Origin: a bacterium
GTDB lineage: Bacteria; Patescibacteriota; Minisyncoccia; Phycocordibacterales; JBBTRF01
Direction of reading: 5' to 3'
Assembly: GCA_037130265.1 (NCBI GenBank)
Contig: JBAXTI010000001.1
Coordinates: 32,418-96,417, forward strand
Length of the DNA stretch: 64,000 nucleotides
Shown here: positions 10,141-19,964 of the stretch, piece after piece
How the letters are laid out: each line of letters begins with the position of its first letter
How positions within the stretch are numbered: the first letter of the stretch is position 1
Notes under the pieces: generated by a model
The model's input: only the letters and a program-made list of their open reading frames with translations
What the model was told of the DNA's origin: nothing
The model's database searches: none
Translations under genes and position numbers: made by a program

Positions 10141-11307
10141 TTGCAGGGTAGGTCTACGGGAATACAGAATGGCTCTACACAGCCATCTAATGACAGAAAC
10201 GCGTGTTTAGTCTCTAATTCGAAGCGTATTTTTAAGAACCTCAAAAAAACGGCTCTACTTAGGCTTTTTTCTACGAAAGCTAGCCTCGCCGTACCTGTAG
10301 GCGTTTTCCTAGTGGGAATCGCTGTCTTTCCACAGCCTTTACTCGCGAAGGCTTTTTCGATTTTTGCCGATCTTTTCGCCGCTGAAAAGTCATCTGCAAA
10401 AACAATAGTACTGGTCCGAAATTCCCAAAACATGGCTCTGTTGAGTGCTGAAATGAGCCCAGAGCCCGGTTTTGCTCGTGGCGGCGGGGATATTACTGTT
10501 GTGAGTGGTAATACCTTGGTGGCCGAGAGCGGTCCTTTGGGTACCATGGGAAACATCGATGACTTTCCTCTCTATCAGCGCATCAGTTTGTACACTGTTC
10601 GCGAGGGCGACACCTTGACACAGATCGCTAAAATGTATGGTATTTCGGTAAACACCATCGTGTGGGCGAACAGTTTGAGCGGAAAATCTATCCAACTTGG
10701 ACAGACACTCACCATCCTCCCTATTTCCGGCATCGCGCACACTGCAGGCAAGGGTGATACCTTGAAGAGTATCGCCAAGAAATACAAAACTGACGTCGCC
10801 GAACTCGCGCTTTTTAATGATCTTAGCGAAGACAGCGTGATCACTGAAGGTGTGGTGGTCACTATTCCCGAAGGAGAGACTGTGGTGGTGCCTGCGGCGG
10901 TCGGCAAGACTCCTGCCAAGGCCACCAAACCGAATGGCGCACATGACACGAATGGTCCAGAATACCCGGGATATTATTTGCGTCCAACCAACGGTATTAA
11001 GACTCAAGGCCTCCACGGTTACAACGGCATCGACATTGGTTCCTCTATCGGTACGCCAATTCGAGCATCTGCAGCCGGAGACGTCATTATTTCTCGCAAT
11101 AGCGGTTGGAACGGTGGGTACGGCAACTATGTGGTGATCAGTCACTCAAACGGTACTCAGACCTTGTACGCACACATGAAGCAGACTGTCGTATCTGTCG
11201 GCGAGCGAATTTCTCAGGGGGATATCATCGGTTCGGTCGGTTCCACTGGTAATTCGACCGGGCCACACATCCACTTTGAAATTCGAGGTGCACACAATCC
11301 GTTCTAA
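10141..11307 (+). CDS. LysM + M23 family peptidoglycan endopeptidase
   Basis: Two LysM repeats (YTVREGDTLTQIA; HTAGKGDTLKSIA), HxxxD (HGYNGID), GYGNY, LYAH, STGPHIHFE; start uncertain. Confidence 0.92.
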   Translation: MQGRSTGIQNGSTQPSNDRNACLVSNSKRIFKNLKKTALLRLFSTKASLAVPVGVFLVGIAVFPQPLLAKAFSIFADLFAAEKSSAKTIVLVRNSQNMALLSAEMSPEPGFARGGGDITVVSGNTLVAESGPLGTMGNIDDFPLYQRISLYTVREGDTLTQIAKMYGISVNTIVWANSLSGKSIQLGQTLTILPISGIAHTAGKGDTLKSIAKKYKTDVAELALFNDLSEDSVITEGVVVTIPEGETVVVPAAVGKTPAKATKPNGAHDTNGPEYPGYYLRPTNGIKTQGLHGYNGIDIGSSIGTPIRASAAGDVIISRNSGWNGGYGNYVVISHSNGTQTLYAHMKQTVVSVGERISQGDIIGSVGSTGNSTGPHIHFEIRGAHNPF

Positions 11308-11347
11308 ATCGTTTTTTCAGAGACGGTCTGTAGTGTAAGATATCAAT

Positions 11348-12406
11348 ATGAACGCTGATGTACGACCTAAGGAAGAATATCAAATTGAATTTTTGGCGGA
11401 CGATGTAATGTTTGATCCGCTCTCTTTGTGTACGGAGGCGTTGTTTACGCAATCGGATCTGTATTACCGCTGGCAGTTATCGGCAGGAAAAGTCGCAAAA
11501 CATTTTTTAGTGAAGGACGGCTCTCGAAATGTGGCCTATGCTCAGTGTTTCTTCACCCCCGTTAGATTTTTGGGAGGGCGTGGGTATTGGTATGCTCCCT
11601 ATGGACCGGTGTGCGCCGTTGGTGCCGACAGGGCACGAATTATCAAGGCTGTCTCGAAGGCTTTTTCAGTGCTTGTTTCGGAGCCTGCCACACGCTCTGC
11701 GTTTTTCCGATTTGATTTTTACCCGGCTATTCCTCAACAGATTGTGTCGCCTACCTTTCGATTCTTGATGGACGGTTCGCTCCAGCCGCGTTCAGAGTGG
11801 TTGTTGGCATTGCAAAAGGATGAAGCCGGGTTGCTCGAGGGTATGCACCCGAAAGCGCGTTACTCTATCCAACATGCCCAGCGCAAAGGTGTCTCCATCC
11901 AGATCATCTCGGAGAAATATAGCGACCATCTCGAGACATTTTGTGCGCTCATGCAACAGACTGCGCAACGTGACGGCTTCACTCCTCATGCTGATGCGTA
12001 CTACCAAGCACTTTTTTCTGAACTTGATCGCTCGAAACAGGGATTTTTGGTAATCGGTTCATATGTAGGAGAGCCGGTATCGGTGGCACTGATGCTTGGG
12101 TACGGGAAGACTGCAACCTACGTCTTCGGGGCATCTTCCGACGCTCATCGAAACGTTTCGGCCCCTGCATTGGTACAGTGGGCTGCAATTTTAGAGGCAA
12201 AACGCTGCGGGTACGCTGAATACAGTTTTGGCGGTGTCTCTTCTGAGCGCTTTCCTGTGAAGACTTGGGACGGTATCACTATGTTCAAGCGACGTTTCGG
12301 TGGACACGAGCAGGATCATTCTCTCATCGTTGATGCGGTGTTTCAGCCGATTTGGTACGGGGTGTTTGTGGCTCGAAAATGGGCAAAGCGCTATCTTCAT
12401 ATATAA
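11348..12406 (+). CDS. FemABX-family peptidoglycan bridge aminoacyltransferase
   Basis: YAPYGP, LLEGMHPKARYSIQHAQRKGV, LVQWAAILEAKRCG, GITMFKRRFGG. Confidence 0.88.
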   Translation: MNADVRPKEEYQIEFLADDVMFDPLSLCTEALFTQSDLYYRWQLSAGKVAKHFLVKDGSRNVAYAQCFFTPVRFLGGRGYWYAPYGPVCAVGADRARIIKAVSKAFSVLVSEPATRSAFFRFDFYPAIPQQIVSPTFRFLMDGSLQPRSEWLLALQKDEAGLLEGMHPKARYSIQHAQRKGVSIQIISEKYSDHLETFCALMQQTAQRDGFTPHADAYYQALFSELDRSKQGFLVIGSYVGEPVSVALMLGYGKTATYVFGASSDAHRNVSAPALVQWAAILEAKRCGYAEYSFGGVSSERFPVKTWDGITMFKRRFGGHEQDHSLIVDAVFQPIWYGVFVARKWAKRYLHI

Positions 12407-12413
12407 TTCGAAT

Positions 12414-13769
12414 ATGAAAACGTTTCTCAAACGCATTATTCCGCTGCAGATCTTTTCTGCGTATTATTGGCTGTTTTCCGTGTTGGGTGCATTGCTATAC
12501 GGCTTCCCTTCGCGAAAAATGATTGTCGTCGGCATCACGGGTACCAAAGGCAAGACATCGACGGCCAATTTTATCTGGTCGTGTGCTATGGCGGCAAACA
12601 TGAAGGCCGGGATCATCACTACTGCCAATATCCGTATTGGCAATGAAGAGTCGATGAATCACTACCACATGACCATGCCTGGCCGCTTCGCTATTCAGCG
12701 CACAATGCGAGAAATGGTGAAAAAGGGTTGCAAGGTCTGTGTTGTTGAAACGACCTCAGAAGGTTTGAAGCAGTGGCGGCACGCGGGTATCGACTACGAT
12801 GTGGCGATTTTCACCAATCTCACCCCTGAGCACCTTCCTTCTCATGGCGGTAGTTTTGAGGCATACAAACGGGCAAAGGGAGCACTTTTTAGCTCACTTC
12901 ATCGGTCGAAGCATAAAGTGCTCGACGGTGTGTCTGTGCAGAAAATCGTCTTGGCAAACAATGACAGTGAGCACGCACCCTATTACTTGAGTCTGGCTTC
13001 AGGTATTGCACATACTTTTTCTATACATGCAGCCTCTGATACAAAGGCGGAACGCATTCTCGAAAGTCATGAGGGTGTGACATTTGATGTGTGCGGTGCA
13101 GGGAATCATAATTGCGTTTCATATCGACTCTCGGTACTAGGTGCATTCAATGTATACAATGCACTCCCCGCTCTCGCTTTGATGAAACTTTGGAATGTTT
13201 CAGAGGAGCAAGTTCAGGCTGGATTGAAAGCACTTACTCTTATCCCAGGTCGGATGGAAGTTGTGTGTTCCCCAGTTGTTACGCACAGCGACAAAAGTGT
13301 CGTCTTCCCTGCGACCGTGATCGTGGACTATGCTCACGAGGGTCAAAGTATGGGCGTTGCAACAGATGCTTCGCGCAAGATGCTTGGCGTAGGCGGCAAA
13401 TTAATCGTCCTCCTTGGTGCTGAGGGTGGTGGACGAGACAAAGCGAAGCGAAAGGATATGGGTGAGGTGGTCGCAAAGAATGCGGATATCGTGGTGGTGA
13501 GCGATGTTGATCCCTACGAAGATGACCCTGTCGAGATTTGTGAAGATATTGCGAAGACGGTGGAGGCTGCTGGCAAAAAGCGTGGCATGAATTTGTTTGT
13601 GATCGGCGATCGTCGTGCTGGTATCGCTAAAGCTTTGTCTCTCGCCGAGACAGGAGATATTGTACTTGTTACCGGTAAGGGTGCGGAGCAGTCGATGGTG
13701 ATAAAAGGCGGTTCGATTCCCTGGGACGATCGTGTTGTGGTGCGTGAAGAATTTGCGAAGCGCGTGTAA
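12414..13769 (+). CDS. murE: UDP-MurNAc-tripeptide synthetase MurE
   Basis: GITGTKGKTS, FTNLTPEHL, IPGRME, VDYAH, GGRDKAKR, GKGAE. Confidence 0.9.
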   Translation: MKTFLKRIIPLQIFSAYYWLFSVLGALLYGFPSRKMIVVGITGTKGKTSTANFIWSCAMAANMKAGIITTANIRIGNEESMNHYHMTMPGRFAIQRTMREMVKKGCKVCVVETTSEGLKQWRHAGIDYDVAIFTNLTPEHLPSHGGSFEAYKRAKGALFSSLHRSKHKVLDGVSVQKIVLANNDSEHAPYYLSLASGIAHTFSIHAASDTKAERILESHEGVTFDVCGAGNHNCVSYRLSVLGAFNVYNALPALALMKLWNVSEEQVQAGLKALTLIPGRMEVVCSPVVTHSDKSVVFPATVIVDYAHEGQSMGVATDASRKMLGVGGKLIVLLGAEGGGRDKAKRKDMGEVVAKNADIVVVSDVDPYEDDPVEICEDIAKTVEAAGKKRGMNLFVIGDRRAGIAKALSLAETGDIVLVTGKGAEQSMVIKGGSIPWDDRVVVREEFAKRV

Positions 13770-13790
13770 TTTTCTGACCCCCGGCCTTTC

Positions 13791-15329
13791 TTATTTGAGG
13801 GGTGTTTGTCGATATTGTAAGGCTTCGAGAATATGCCCTTCTTCCACTTGAGTCGATCTTTCTAGGTCTGCAATGGTTCTGGCTACTCGTAACGTCCGAT
13901 GAAAACCACGTGTAGAGATGGCGAGTGAGTTTGCTTGTTTTGTCAGCAAAGCGATGGCCGTGTCGCTGGCATTGAGGTGAGTACTCTCTGTGCTTGCTTT
14001 CTGTTTGCGCTCCAGGTGCTTCACTCGGACTTCTGAGAGCGCCTTTTTGATGTCTCTGGCTAGAGCTGTTGTGTCGACAGGCTTTTTCTCAGTCATTTCT
14101 ATGTACGAATGTTTCGGCTGCTCTACGCGTACCCAGATATCGATACGATCGATGATCGGTCCTGAGACTTTCTCAGCGTATTTTCGTAGCATTGGTTGGC
14201 TACAAGTGCATGGGTGGGTGCTCGTGCCACGGTATCCGCACGGGCACGGATTCATGGCGAGGATCACGATACAGTCGGCTGGTAATTCTCTATGTTGTTC
14301 GGCTCTCGCAATCCGCACTACTCTTTCTTCCATCGGTTGGCGTAAGGCCTCCACTACTCGACGGTCGAATTCTGGAAATTCGTCCAGAAACAAAATACCT
14401 TTGTGTGCCAAGGTGATCTCGCCGATTGGCTGCTTGTTTCCCCCACCGATCACTGCTGCATACGACGCGCTATGGTGTGGTGCTCGAAAGGGCGGCCGTT
14501 GTGAATCTTTACTGAGCGAGTTTCCGAAAGAATGTATTGCAAGCACCTCGAGCTTTTCTGGGTCGGTGAGATCAGGAATGATGGAATGTGCGCTGCGAGC
14601 TAAAAGAGTCTTCCCTGTTCCTGGTGGGCCGACAAAAGCGATGGAGTGCCGGCCCGCCAATGCAATCTGCAACGCACGTTTCCCTGCCTCTTGCCCGACG
14701 ATTTTTTCAATAGAAAAATCCGACATATTATCTCCGACAGGCCCTGTCGGTACCGCTACTATCGGTGCTGGTATCGATACTGGAAGTGATGCCTTCCCTT
14801 CCAAGTGTTGCACCACCTCACGTAATGTCGCGGCTCCATGAACGGAAAGGTTGGCCACGAGACAGGCTTCGGTGGCATTGTCCTTCGATACAAATAGATG
14901 CGTGATACCCTGCTCTTTGGCTGTCTTGGCAATCGACAAAATACCGCGGATTCCTCGAATGTTGCCATCGAGTGCTAGTTCGCCAATGAATAGCATTTCT
15001 TCAGCACGAGCGCAGGCTTCGCTGCTCGGCCTCAGGTCTTGAGTGGCGATGAGGTAGCCAATGGCCATGGCGAGGTCGAAACCGGTCCCTTCTTTTGGCA
15101 ACTGGGCGGGAGCAAGGGATATTACCACCTTTTCGTTGCGGCTTTTCGGAGATTTGTACCCGGAATGCTTGATGGCCGCGGCAATTCGATCTTTCGCTTC
15201 GGCCAAAGCTTTGTCAGCCATTCCAACAATCGAAAAAGCATGCAAGCCACGAGAAATGTCCACTTCTACATGGATGATCTGTCCGTCGAGGCAATCGTTT
15301 TGTGCGCTTAGTACTTTTGCAATCTTCAT
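13791..15329 (-). CDS. comM: Competence helicase ComM (YifB/Mg-chelatase-like AAA+)
   Basis: SLAPAQLPKEGTGFDLAMA, GELALDG, GPPGTGKT, PFRAPHH, GILFLDEFPEF, AMNPCPCG, RVARTIADL. Confidence 0.95.
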   Translation of the reverse strand: MKIAKVLSAQNDCLDGQIIHVEVDISRGLHAFSIVGMADKALAEAKDRIAAAIKHSGYKSPKSRNEKVVISLAPAQLPKEGTGFDLAMAIGYLIATQDLRPSSEACARAEEMLFIGELALDGNIRGIRGILSIAKTAKEQGITHLFVSKDNATEACLVANLSVHGAATLREVVQHLEGKASLPVSIPAPIVAVPTGPVGDNMSDFSIEKIVGQEAGKRALQIALAGRHSIAFVGPPGTGKTLLARSAHSIIPDLTDPEKLEVLAIHSFGNSLSKDSQRPPFRAPHHSASYAAVIGGGNKQPIGEITLAHKGILFLDEFPEFDRRVVEALRQPMEERVVRIARAEQHRELPADCIVILAMNPCPCGYRGTSTHPCTCSQPMLRKYAEKVSGPIIDRIDIWVRVEQPKHSYIEMTEKKPVDTTALARDIKKALSEVRVKHLERKQKASTESTHLNASDTAIALLTKQANSLAISTRGFHRTLRVARTIADLERSTQVEEGHILEALQYRQTPLK

Positions 15330-15416
15330 GCAAAAAGTATCGCATAGTGACGATAGAGAAACTGCTAAGAAAGGATAAAGAAATCGCTCATTTCCGATAA
15401 GGAAATTCTAAAGAAA
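15330..15416 (-). promoter_or_regulatory. comM promoter with shared 66-bp 11-mer-repeat element (15351..15416) and -10 GATACT
   Basis: Reverse complement of 15351..15416 is 63/66 identical to 50994..51059 upstream of comEC; 9 nt to the -10 in both. Confidence 0.85.
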
Positions 15417-15435
15417 ATGTTCGCGTAATAGAGAG

Positions 15436-15786
15436 CTACTTCATGTGCGCCACACAAGTAGTGGCGGCGACATTTGCACTCAATCGGCCGTCTTCAATCG
15501 GTCCCTGGCAGACTTCACACTTACCGTAAGAACCGTTCTCGATGTTGCCTAGTGCATGTCGAAGGTCACGAAGTCGCATCTCGAGCGTTGCGGCAATTGC
15601 CTCATGACCCTCCATCTCCTCTAGGTCTTCAGCGGTTTCAAGCTCGTCCGCCTTGTCGGTGTCGAGATTTTCGCGTTTTGCGATCCATTCCCCTGGCCTT
15701 GCAGGGTCTGGTTGAGCAACGCTATTGAGCTCGCTTTCTACCTTCTCAATCTCCGTTTCAATCAGTGTTTTTGGGTCGTTTTTCAT
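15436..15786 (-). CDS. TraR/DksA family zinc-finger protein
   Basis: DKADELE tip motif, coiled coil, GSYGKCEVC...IEDGRL...CVAH. Confidence 0.88.
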   Translation of the reverse strand: MKNDPKTLIETEIEKVESELNSVAQPDPARPGEWIAKRENLDTDKADELETAEDLEEMEGHEAIAATLEMRLRDLRHALGNIENGSYGKCEVCQGPIEDGRLSANVAATTCVAHMK

Positions 15787-15793
15787 ACGAATA

Positions 15794-17128
15794 TTATCTC
15801 ACAAATTGCGCCTTAATCAAACGAGCGGATACGTCCTTTAGTGTGGCCTCATCACTCGTGATGAGTATTGTTTTTGTATCTAGAAAAGCATATAAAAGGA
15901 CCACGTTTCCCTTTAGGTCGCGCACTGCACGGATCTCCTTGTTCTGCAGGATCGCGTCCTCGAACTTATAGGTAAGATTTCCACCACCGATAGTGTAAAG
16001 TGGTGGGGCCACACGGTCCGCTGTACGTAAAAAGATGCTCTGTAGGTCACGGATCATCATTGGTTCCCAACGGAACATGCCAGACAGGGCCACCTCAAAG
16101 GAGTTGGTCTTCACGATTAGAAATGGCTGATTGCCGTGCACAGCATTGATGCCAAAATAGAAACTTTGGTCGAGTGATCGTAGTAGGGTGTCGGGAAGAT
16201 TGGCATTGATTTGGCGAAAAAATTCTTCAGTGGTGAGGGGTACTGTTTTTTCGCTGCCATCAGCCAATGTAACGGTGTCTTTTGAGATTGGAATCAGACG
16301 TTCCACAGAACTGAGTGGTGCAGTGGAATTTTGTACAGTCGAATAGAGCTGCGTAGATAGGCCGCCTGAGCCGCCGCTCGCTACGAGTTCAGTAATCTTC
16401 TCAGCCTGTACTGGGTCACGCTGTTTCTGCTCGATAATCACTCGATTCTTCGCTTTGTACGTCGAATACGCATACCAGCTGCCGATACTGCCAATAAGGA
16501 TGAGTGAGACACTGATCGCAATGATAATGACGTTACGGGAGGTCTCGGTAATTCCGCCGGCATCGCCGGTCTGCGAGACACGGCGGGCATTTTCTGCTGC
16601 TGCGATAGAGGTGATTGACGCGCCGTTCCTTACACTCGATGCAATGTCTTCTTTGTACGTATGAATCGATTTTATTTGCGACGGCGCTGGTTTTTTATCC
16701 ACAGCGACCGGGATTGCAGGTTGTGGTGCGGCCTCGGGTATACGCGGCGCTTCAACGACTGGGTCAATTTTTCGATACACGGCCCGCTCGATCACTTCAC
16801 GGTTGCTGCCAGTATAGGGATTGATTGTTGGCCGAACTGGGGCGAATTGTTCGAGGCCCGTGATTTCCCTCGGTTCAGAGAGAATGTGCTGTTCCAGGGG
16901 GCTTTTTGCTCGTAAAACTGCTTCAAACGGCTTTCCTTGGGCACGAGCAGCGTCTTGCTGAAGTGTGCGGATTGAGTTGAAGGCATTGCCTGTTGGACGT
17001 GGAGAAGATGGAGCGGCTGCTGTCGACAACGTGGAATTTTGCGCAGAAAAAGCTGCTGAGGCGCGCTTTTCGTCGTTCGCCCTCTTGATTTCTTCGAGAT
17101 CAATGATGCCAGGGTGCGGAGCTTGCAT
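15794..17128 (-). CDS. Conserved CPR single-TM hypothetical protein
   Basis: 444 aa; IRTLQQD/IHTYKED repeats, one TM, C-terminal ALSGMFRWE...FEDAILQNKEIR...LLYAF domain. Confidence 0.75.
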   Translation of the reverse strand: MQAPHPGIIDLEEIKRANDEKRASAAFSAQNSTLSTAAAPSSPRPTGNAFNSIRTLQQDAARAQGKPFEAVLRAKSPLEQHILSEPREITGLEQFAPVRPTINPYTGSNREVIERAVYRKIDPVVEAPRIPEAAPQPAIPVAVDKKPAPSQIKSIHTYKEDIASSVRNGASITSIAAAENARRVSQTGDAGGITETSRNVIIIAISVSLILIGSIGSWYAYSTYKAKNRVIIEQKQRDPVQAEKITELVASGGSGGLSTQLYSTVQNSTAPLSSVERLIPISKDTVTLADGSEKTVPLTTEEFFRQINANLPDTLLRSLDQSFYFGINAVHGNQPFLIVKTNSFEVALSGMFRWEPMMIRDLQSIFLRTADRVAPPLYTIGGGNLTYKFEDAILQNKEIRAVRDLKGNVVLLYAFLDTKTILITSDEATLKDVSARLIKAQFVR

Positions 17129-17153
17129 ATTGAGCTATTATAGCAAAGATTTT

Positions 17154-19076
17154 CTAACGCAGGACAGATAAAATGAGTGCTTTGGCTTTTTCTGTCGAGT
17201 CATTTTCGCCAACAAGCATCACTTCCCCGTTGTCTGAAACATCGATATTTTGTAAACCAGATTGTTTTTTGATGCCATTGATGGTTTTTCCGCCTGGGCC
17301 AATGAGGATGCCGATGTGTCGTTGGTCGATCAGCATTTTTTCAATGCGAGGAGCGTAAGGTGAGAGTCGTGCCCGTGGCGTGGCAATTGCCTTCTCCATT
17401 GTTTTCAGTATTTGCAACCGAGCAACTCGTGCACGCTCTAATGCTTCGACGAGTAATGCTACGGGCATCCCCTCGGTCTTAATATCCATTTGTACTGCGG
17501 TAATGCCTACTGTTGTGCCGGCCACTTTGAAATCCATGTCGCCATAGTGGTCTTCCGGCCCCTGAATGTCAGTGAGAAGAACGTATTTTAGAAATGCTTG
17601 ACCATGTTGGTCTTTTTCAATGCGTGTCATGGCGCCACAAGAGATACCCGCCACTTGTCGGGTAATAGGTACCCCACCATCCATGAGTGCCAATGTTGAG
17701 GCGCAGACCGATGCCATGGAAGTCGAACCGTTGGATGAAAATGCTTCGGAGACAAGGCGAATGGTGTATGGAAACTGTGCTTTTGTCGGGAGTACCGCTG
17801 CAAAAGATTTTTCGACGAGGGCGCCATGGCCGATCATGCGGCGATTGGTGCCGCCAAGTTTTCCTGTTTCACCCGTCGAAAATGGTGGAAAGTTGTAGTG
17901 ATGAATAAACTGCTTACCTTCATCATCGGCAGAGTGCTCGCCTTCAATGATTTGCCCTTCGTGGGGTCCGCCGAGCGTGAGTGCGGTAAAGATGTGGGTT
18001 TGTCCGCGATAGAAGAGTCCTGAGCCATGGAGCCGAGGCGAAATACCGCCAGCTTCAGCAAAAAGAGGACGAATATCGGTGAGTTTGCGTCCGTCGGTGC
18101 GTCTCCCCCGCTCGATTGCTTCTGCATGAATTGTTTCATTTACTGCTTCTTCGAAAAGGGCGCTTGCCAATAGGCGAATATTCGAGAATTTTGTGTTGCT
18201 GCCGCTGCCGACAGTATTTCCAGTGAGGATACTTTCAGCGGTCGCGAGCCATTCACTACGCAGAGCATCCATGTGTGAATCCCCTGCACTGCCAGTAAAT
18301 AGTCGCTGAACAAGCTTTGGCGCAATTTCACTCGTGAAAGTGTTGCGAAGCGTCGATGGTATTGCCATCGCTTCTATCACGCGCTTCTCTACCCCAATCT
18401 CCCGGATAATTTTTGCCTGAAATGCTTCGATTCGGCTGACCTCCTTCTGTGCGGCGGCGAGTGCGTCAGACACCTCTTTTTCACTGAGCTCGCTTGGATT
18501 TTTTGTTGCCAGGCCGGCAGCATCCGTAGACGCTACTTTTGTGGAACACTCAATCATGTTCAATGTTCCACTTTTGCCGCAGGCGACGAGTTTGAATCGA
18601 TCTGTTTCGACAAGCGAGGCCCCAACAGGACCACTCCATGGAATATTTGAAGTGCTGAGTGCGAGGGATGCGGCAATCACCGCGAGACACGGCATCCGGT
18701 CGGTGTCGGCAGGGTCTGTTGCCAAGGTGGTGATCACTACCTGTATTTCGTTGCGAATATGTTCGGCAAAAAGCGGACGAATGGTCCTGTCGACCACGCG
18801 TCCGCACAGTATTGCCGCGTCGGAAGACTTCCCTTCGCGCCGCTGATATCGATTGCCCAGGATTTTTCCAACTGCGTAGTATCGCTCTTGATACTCAACA
18901 GTGAGCGGCAGAAAATCTGCCGATTCCTTTTTGTATTCCGACATCACGGCTGTCGCGAGGAGTGCAGTGGTGCCGTACCGAAGGATAACTGAGCCATTTG
19001 CACGCTCAGCGAGCGTTGTAAATGATGCGGTAAGCGTCTTGTTTTCGATGGAAAGAGAAAAGTCTCTCTTGGTCAT
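17154..19076 (-). CDS. pnp: Polyribonucleotide nucleotidyltransferase (PNPase), ending after the KH domain
   Basis: DFLPLTVEY, RRTDGR, HGSGLFYRGQT, HHYNFPPFS, SNGSTSMAS, DMDFKVAGT, IGPGGKTI; no S1 domain. Confidence 0.95.
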   Translation of the reverse strand: MTKRDFSLSIENKTLTASFTTLAERANGSVILRYGTTALLATAVMSEYKKESADFLPLTVEYQERYYAVGKILGNRYQRREGKSSDAAILCGRVVDRTIRPLFAEHIRNEIQVVITTLATDPADTDRMPCLAVIAASLALSTSNIPWSGPVGASLVETDRFKLVACGKSGTLNMIECSTKVASTDAAGLATKNPSELSEKEVSDALAAAQKEVSRIEAFQAKIIREIGVEKRVIEAMAIPSTLRNTFTSEIAPKLVQRLFTGSAGDSHMDALRSEWLATAESILTGNTVGSGSNTKFSNIRLLASALFEEAVNETIHAEAIERGRRTDGRKLTDIRPLFAEAGGISPRLHGSGLFYRGQTHIFTALTLGGPHEGQIIEGEHSADDEGKQFIHHYNFPPFSTGETGKLGGTNRRMIGHGALVEKSFAAVLPTKAQFPYTIRLVSEAFSSNGSTSMASVCASTLALMDGGVPITRQVAGISCGAMTRIEKDQHGQAFLKYVLLTDIQGPEDHYGDMDFKVAGTTVGITAVQMDIKTEGMPVALLVEALERARVARLQILKTMEKAIATPRARLSPYAPRIEKMLIDQRHIGILIGPGGKTINGIKKQSGLQNIDVSDNGEVMLVGENDSTEKAKALILSVLR

Positions 19077-19080
19077 CCTT

Positions 19081-19776
19081 CTATTGTATCACTGGTCCGT
19101 CGTTTTCCGCTCGGGAATGTTCCGGAGACGGAGTGGTTGCTGCATTGTCCAAAATAGTATTGTTCACGTCTGAGTGGGTACGATTGAGATGTGGTCGATT
19201 GTCGCTAGCTGCCGCACCACGTCCTCTGCCGCCGCGTAGTCCGCGACCACCACCTCGTGTGGCAGTGCCGGCACCGATGAGGTACTTGCGAGCATTGGTG
19301 TCGAGGTCGATGAATTCGTCCACTGCTTCCTTCAGCTTGAGTGAGCTAGATCGGCCGAATGAGACGACTTCCACCTGACATCCTTCATTCATCTGGAGGT
19401 ATTCGACGAGTGGCACGAAGTCGCCATCACCGGTCACGAGGATCACGGTGTCGAGCTTCGGTGCCATTTTGATCGCGTCTACTGCAAGACCCACGTCCCA
19501 ATCGGCTTTCTTGCTGCCGCCAGCGAAGATCTGGAGGTCTTTGGTCTTCGCCTCGATACCCATTTTAGTGAGTGCTTCGAAAAAGGCTGACTCTTCCCCG
19601 CTCTCCGTGGTGATCACGTAGGCGATGGCGCGAATGAGGGCTCGGCCCGCGAGTGCGTCTCGCACTACCTGTCCGAAATTGACTCGAGCCTGGTAGAGAT
19701 TCTTGGCTGAGTGATAGAGATTTTGTGCATCGATAAAAATACCGACACGCTGTTCTTTGTGTTTAATGACTGTCAT
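19081..19776 (-). CDS. NYN domain (LabA/DUF88) PIN-fold protein
   Basis: FIDAQN, KADWDVGLAVD, TGDGDFVP; RGG-rich C-terminal tail. Confidence 0.92.
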   Translation of the reverse strand: MTVIKHKEQRVGIFIDAQNLYHSAKNLYQARVNFGQVVRDALAGRALIRAIAYVITTESGEESAFFEALTKMGIEAKTKDLQIFAGGSKKADWDVGLAVDAIKMAPKLDTVILVTGDGDFVPLVEYLQMNEGCQVEVVSFGRSSSLKLKEAVDEFIDLDTNARKYLIGAGTATRGGGRGLRGGRGRGAAASDNRPHLNRTHSDVNNTILDNAATTPSPEHSRAENDGPVIQ

Positions 19777-19964
19777 AAAAATAAATTAACTGCTACTAAA
19801 GTATACCGTATATCGGCACACATGACTGCTGATGATTGCTAGAGAAAAAAGCGAAAACGAAGTGAAAGGGCACGAATGCCAAAACATATGAAAATGGTCG
19901 ATGGAGTCAAAAAGACAAAAGAGAGAAAAGAAGAACGAGGCTTTTCGCCCCGTTTCTCGCCGTA

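Noticed and set aside
7227-19901. 16-bp exact match ATATGAAAATGGTCGA at about 7227 and 19886
   Set aside because: One match of this length is roughly expected by chance in 64 kb, and the flanks do not align.
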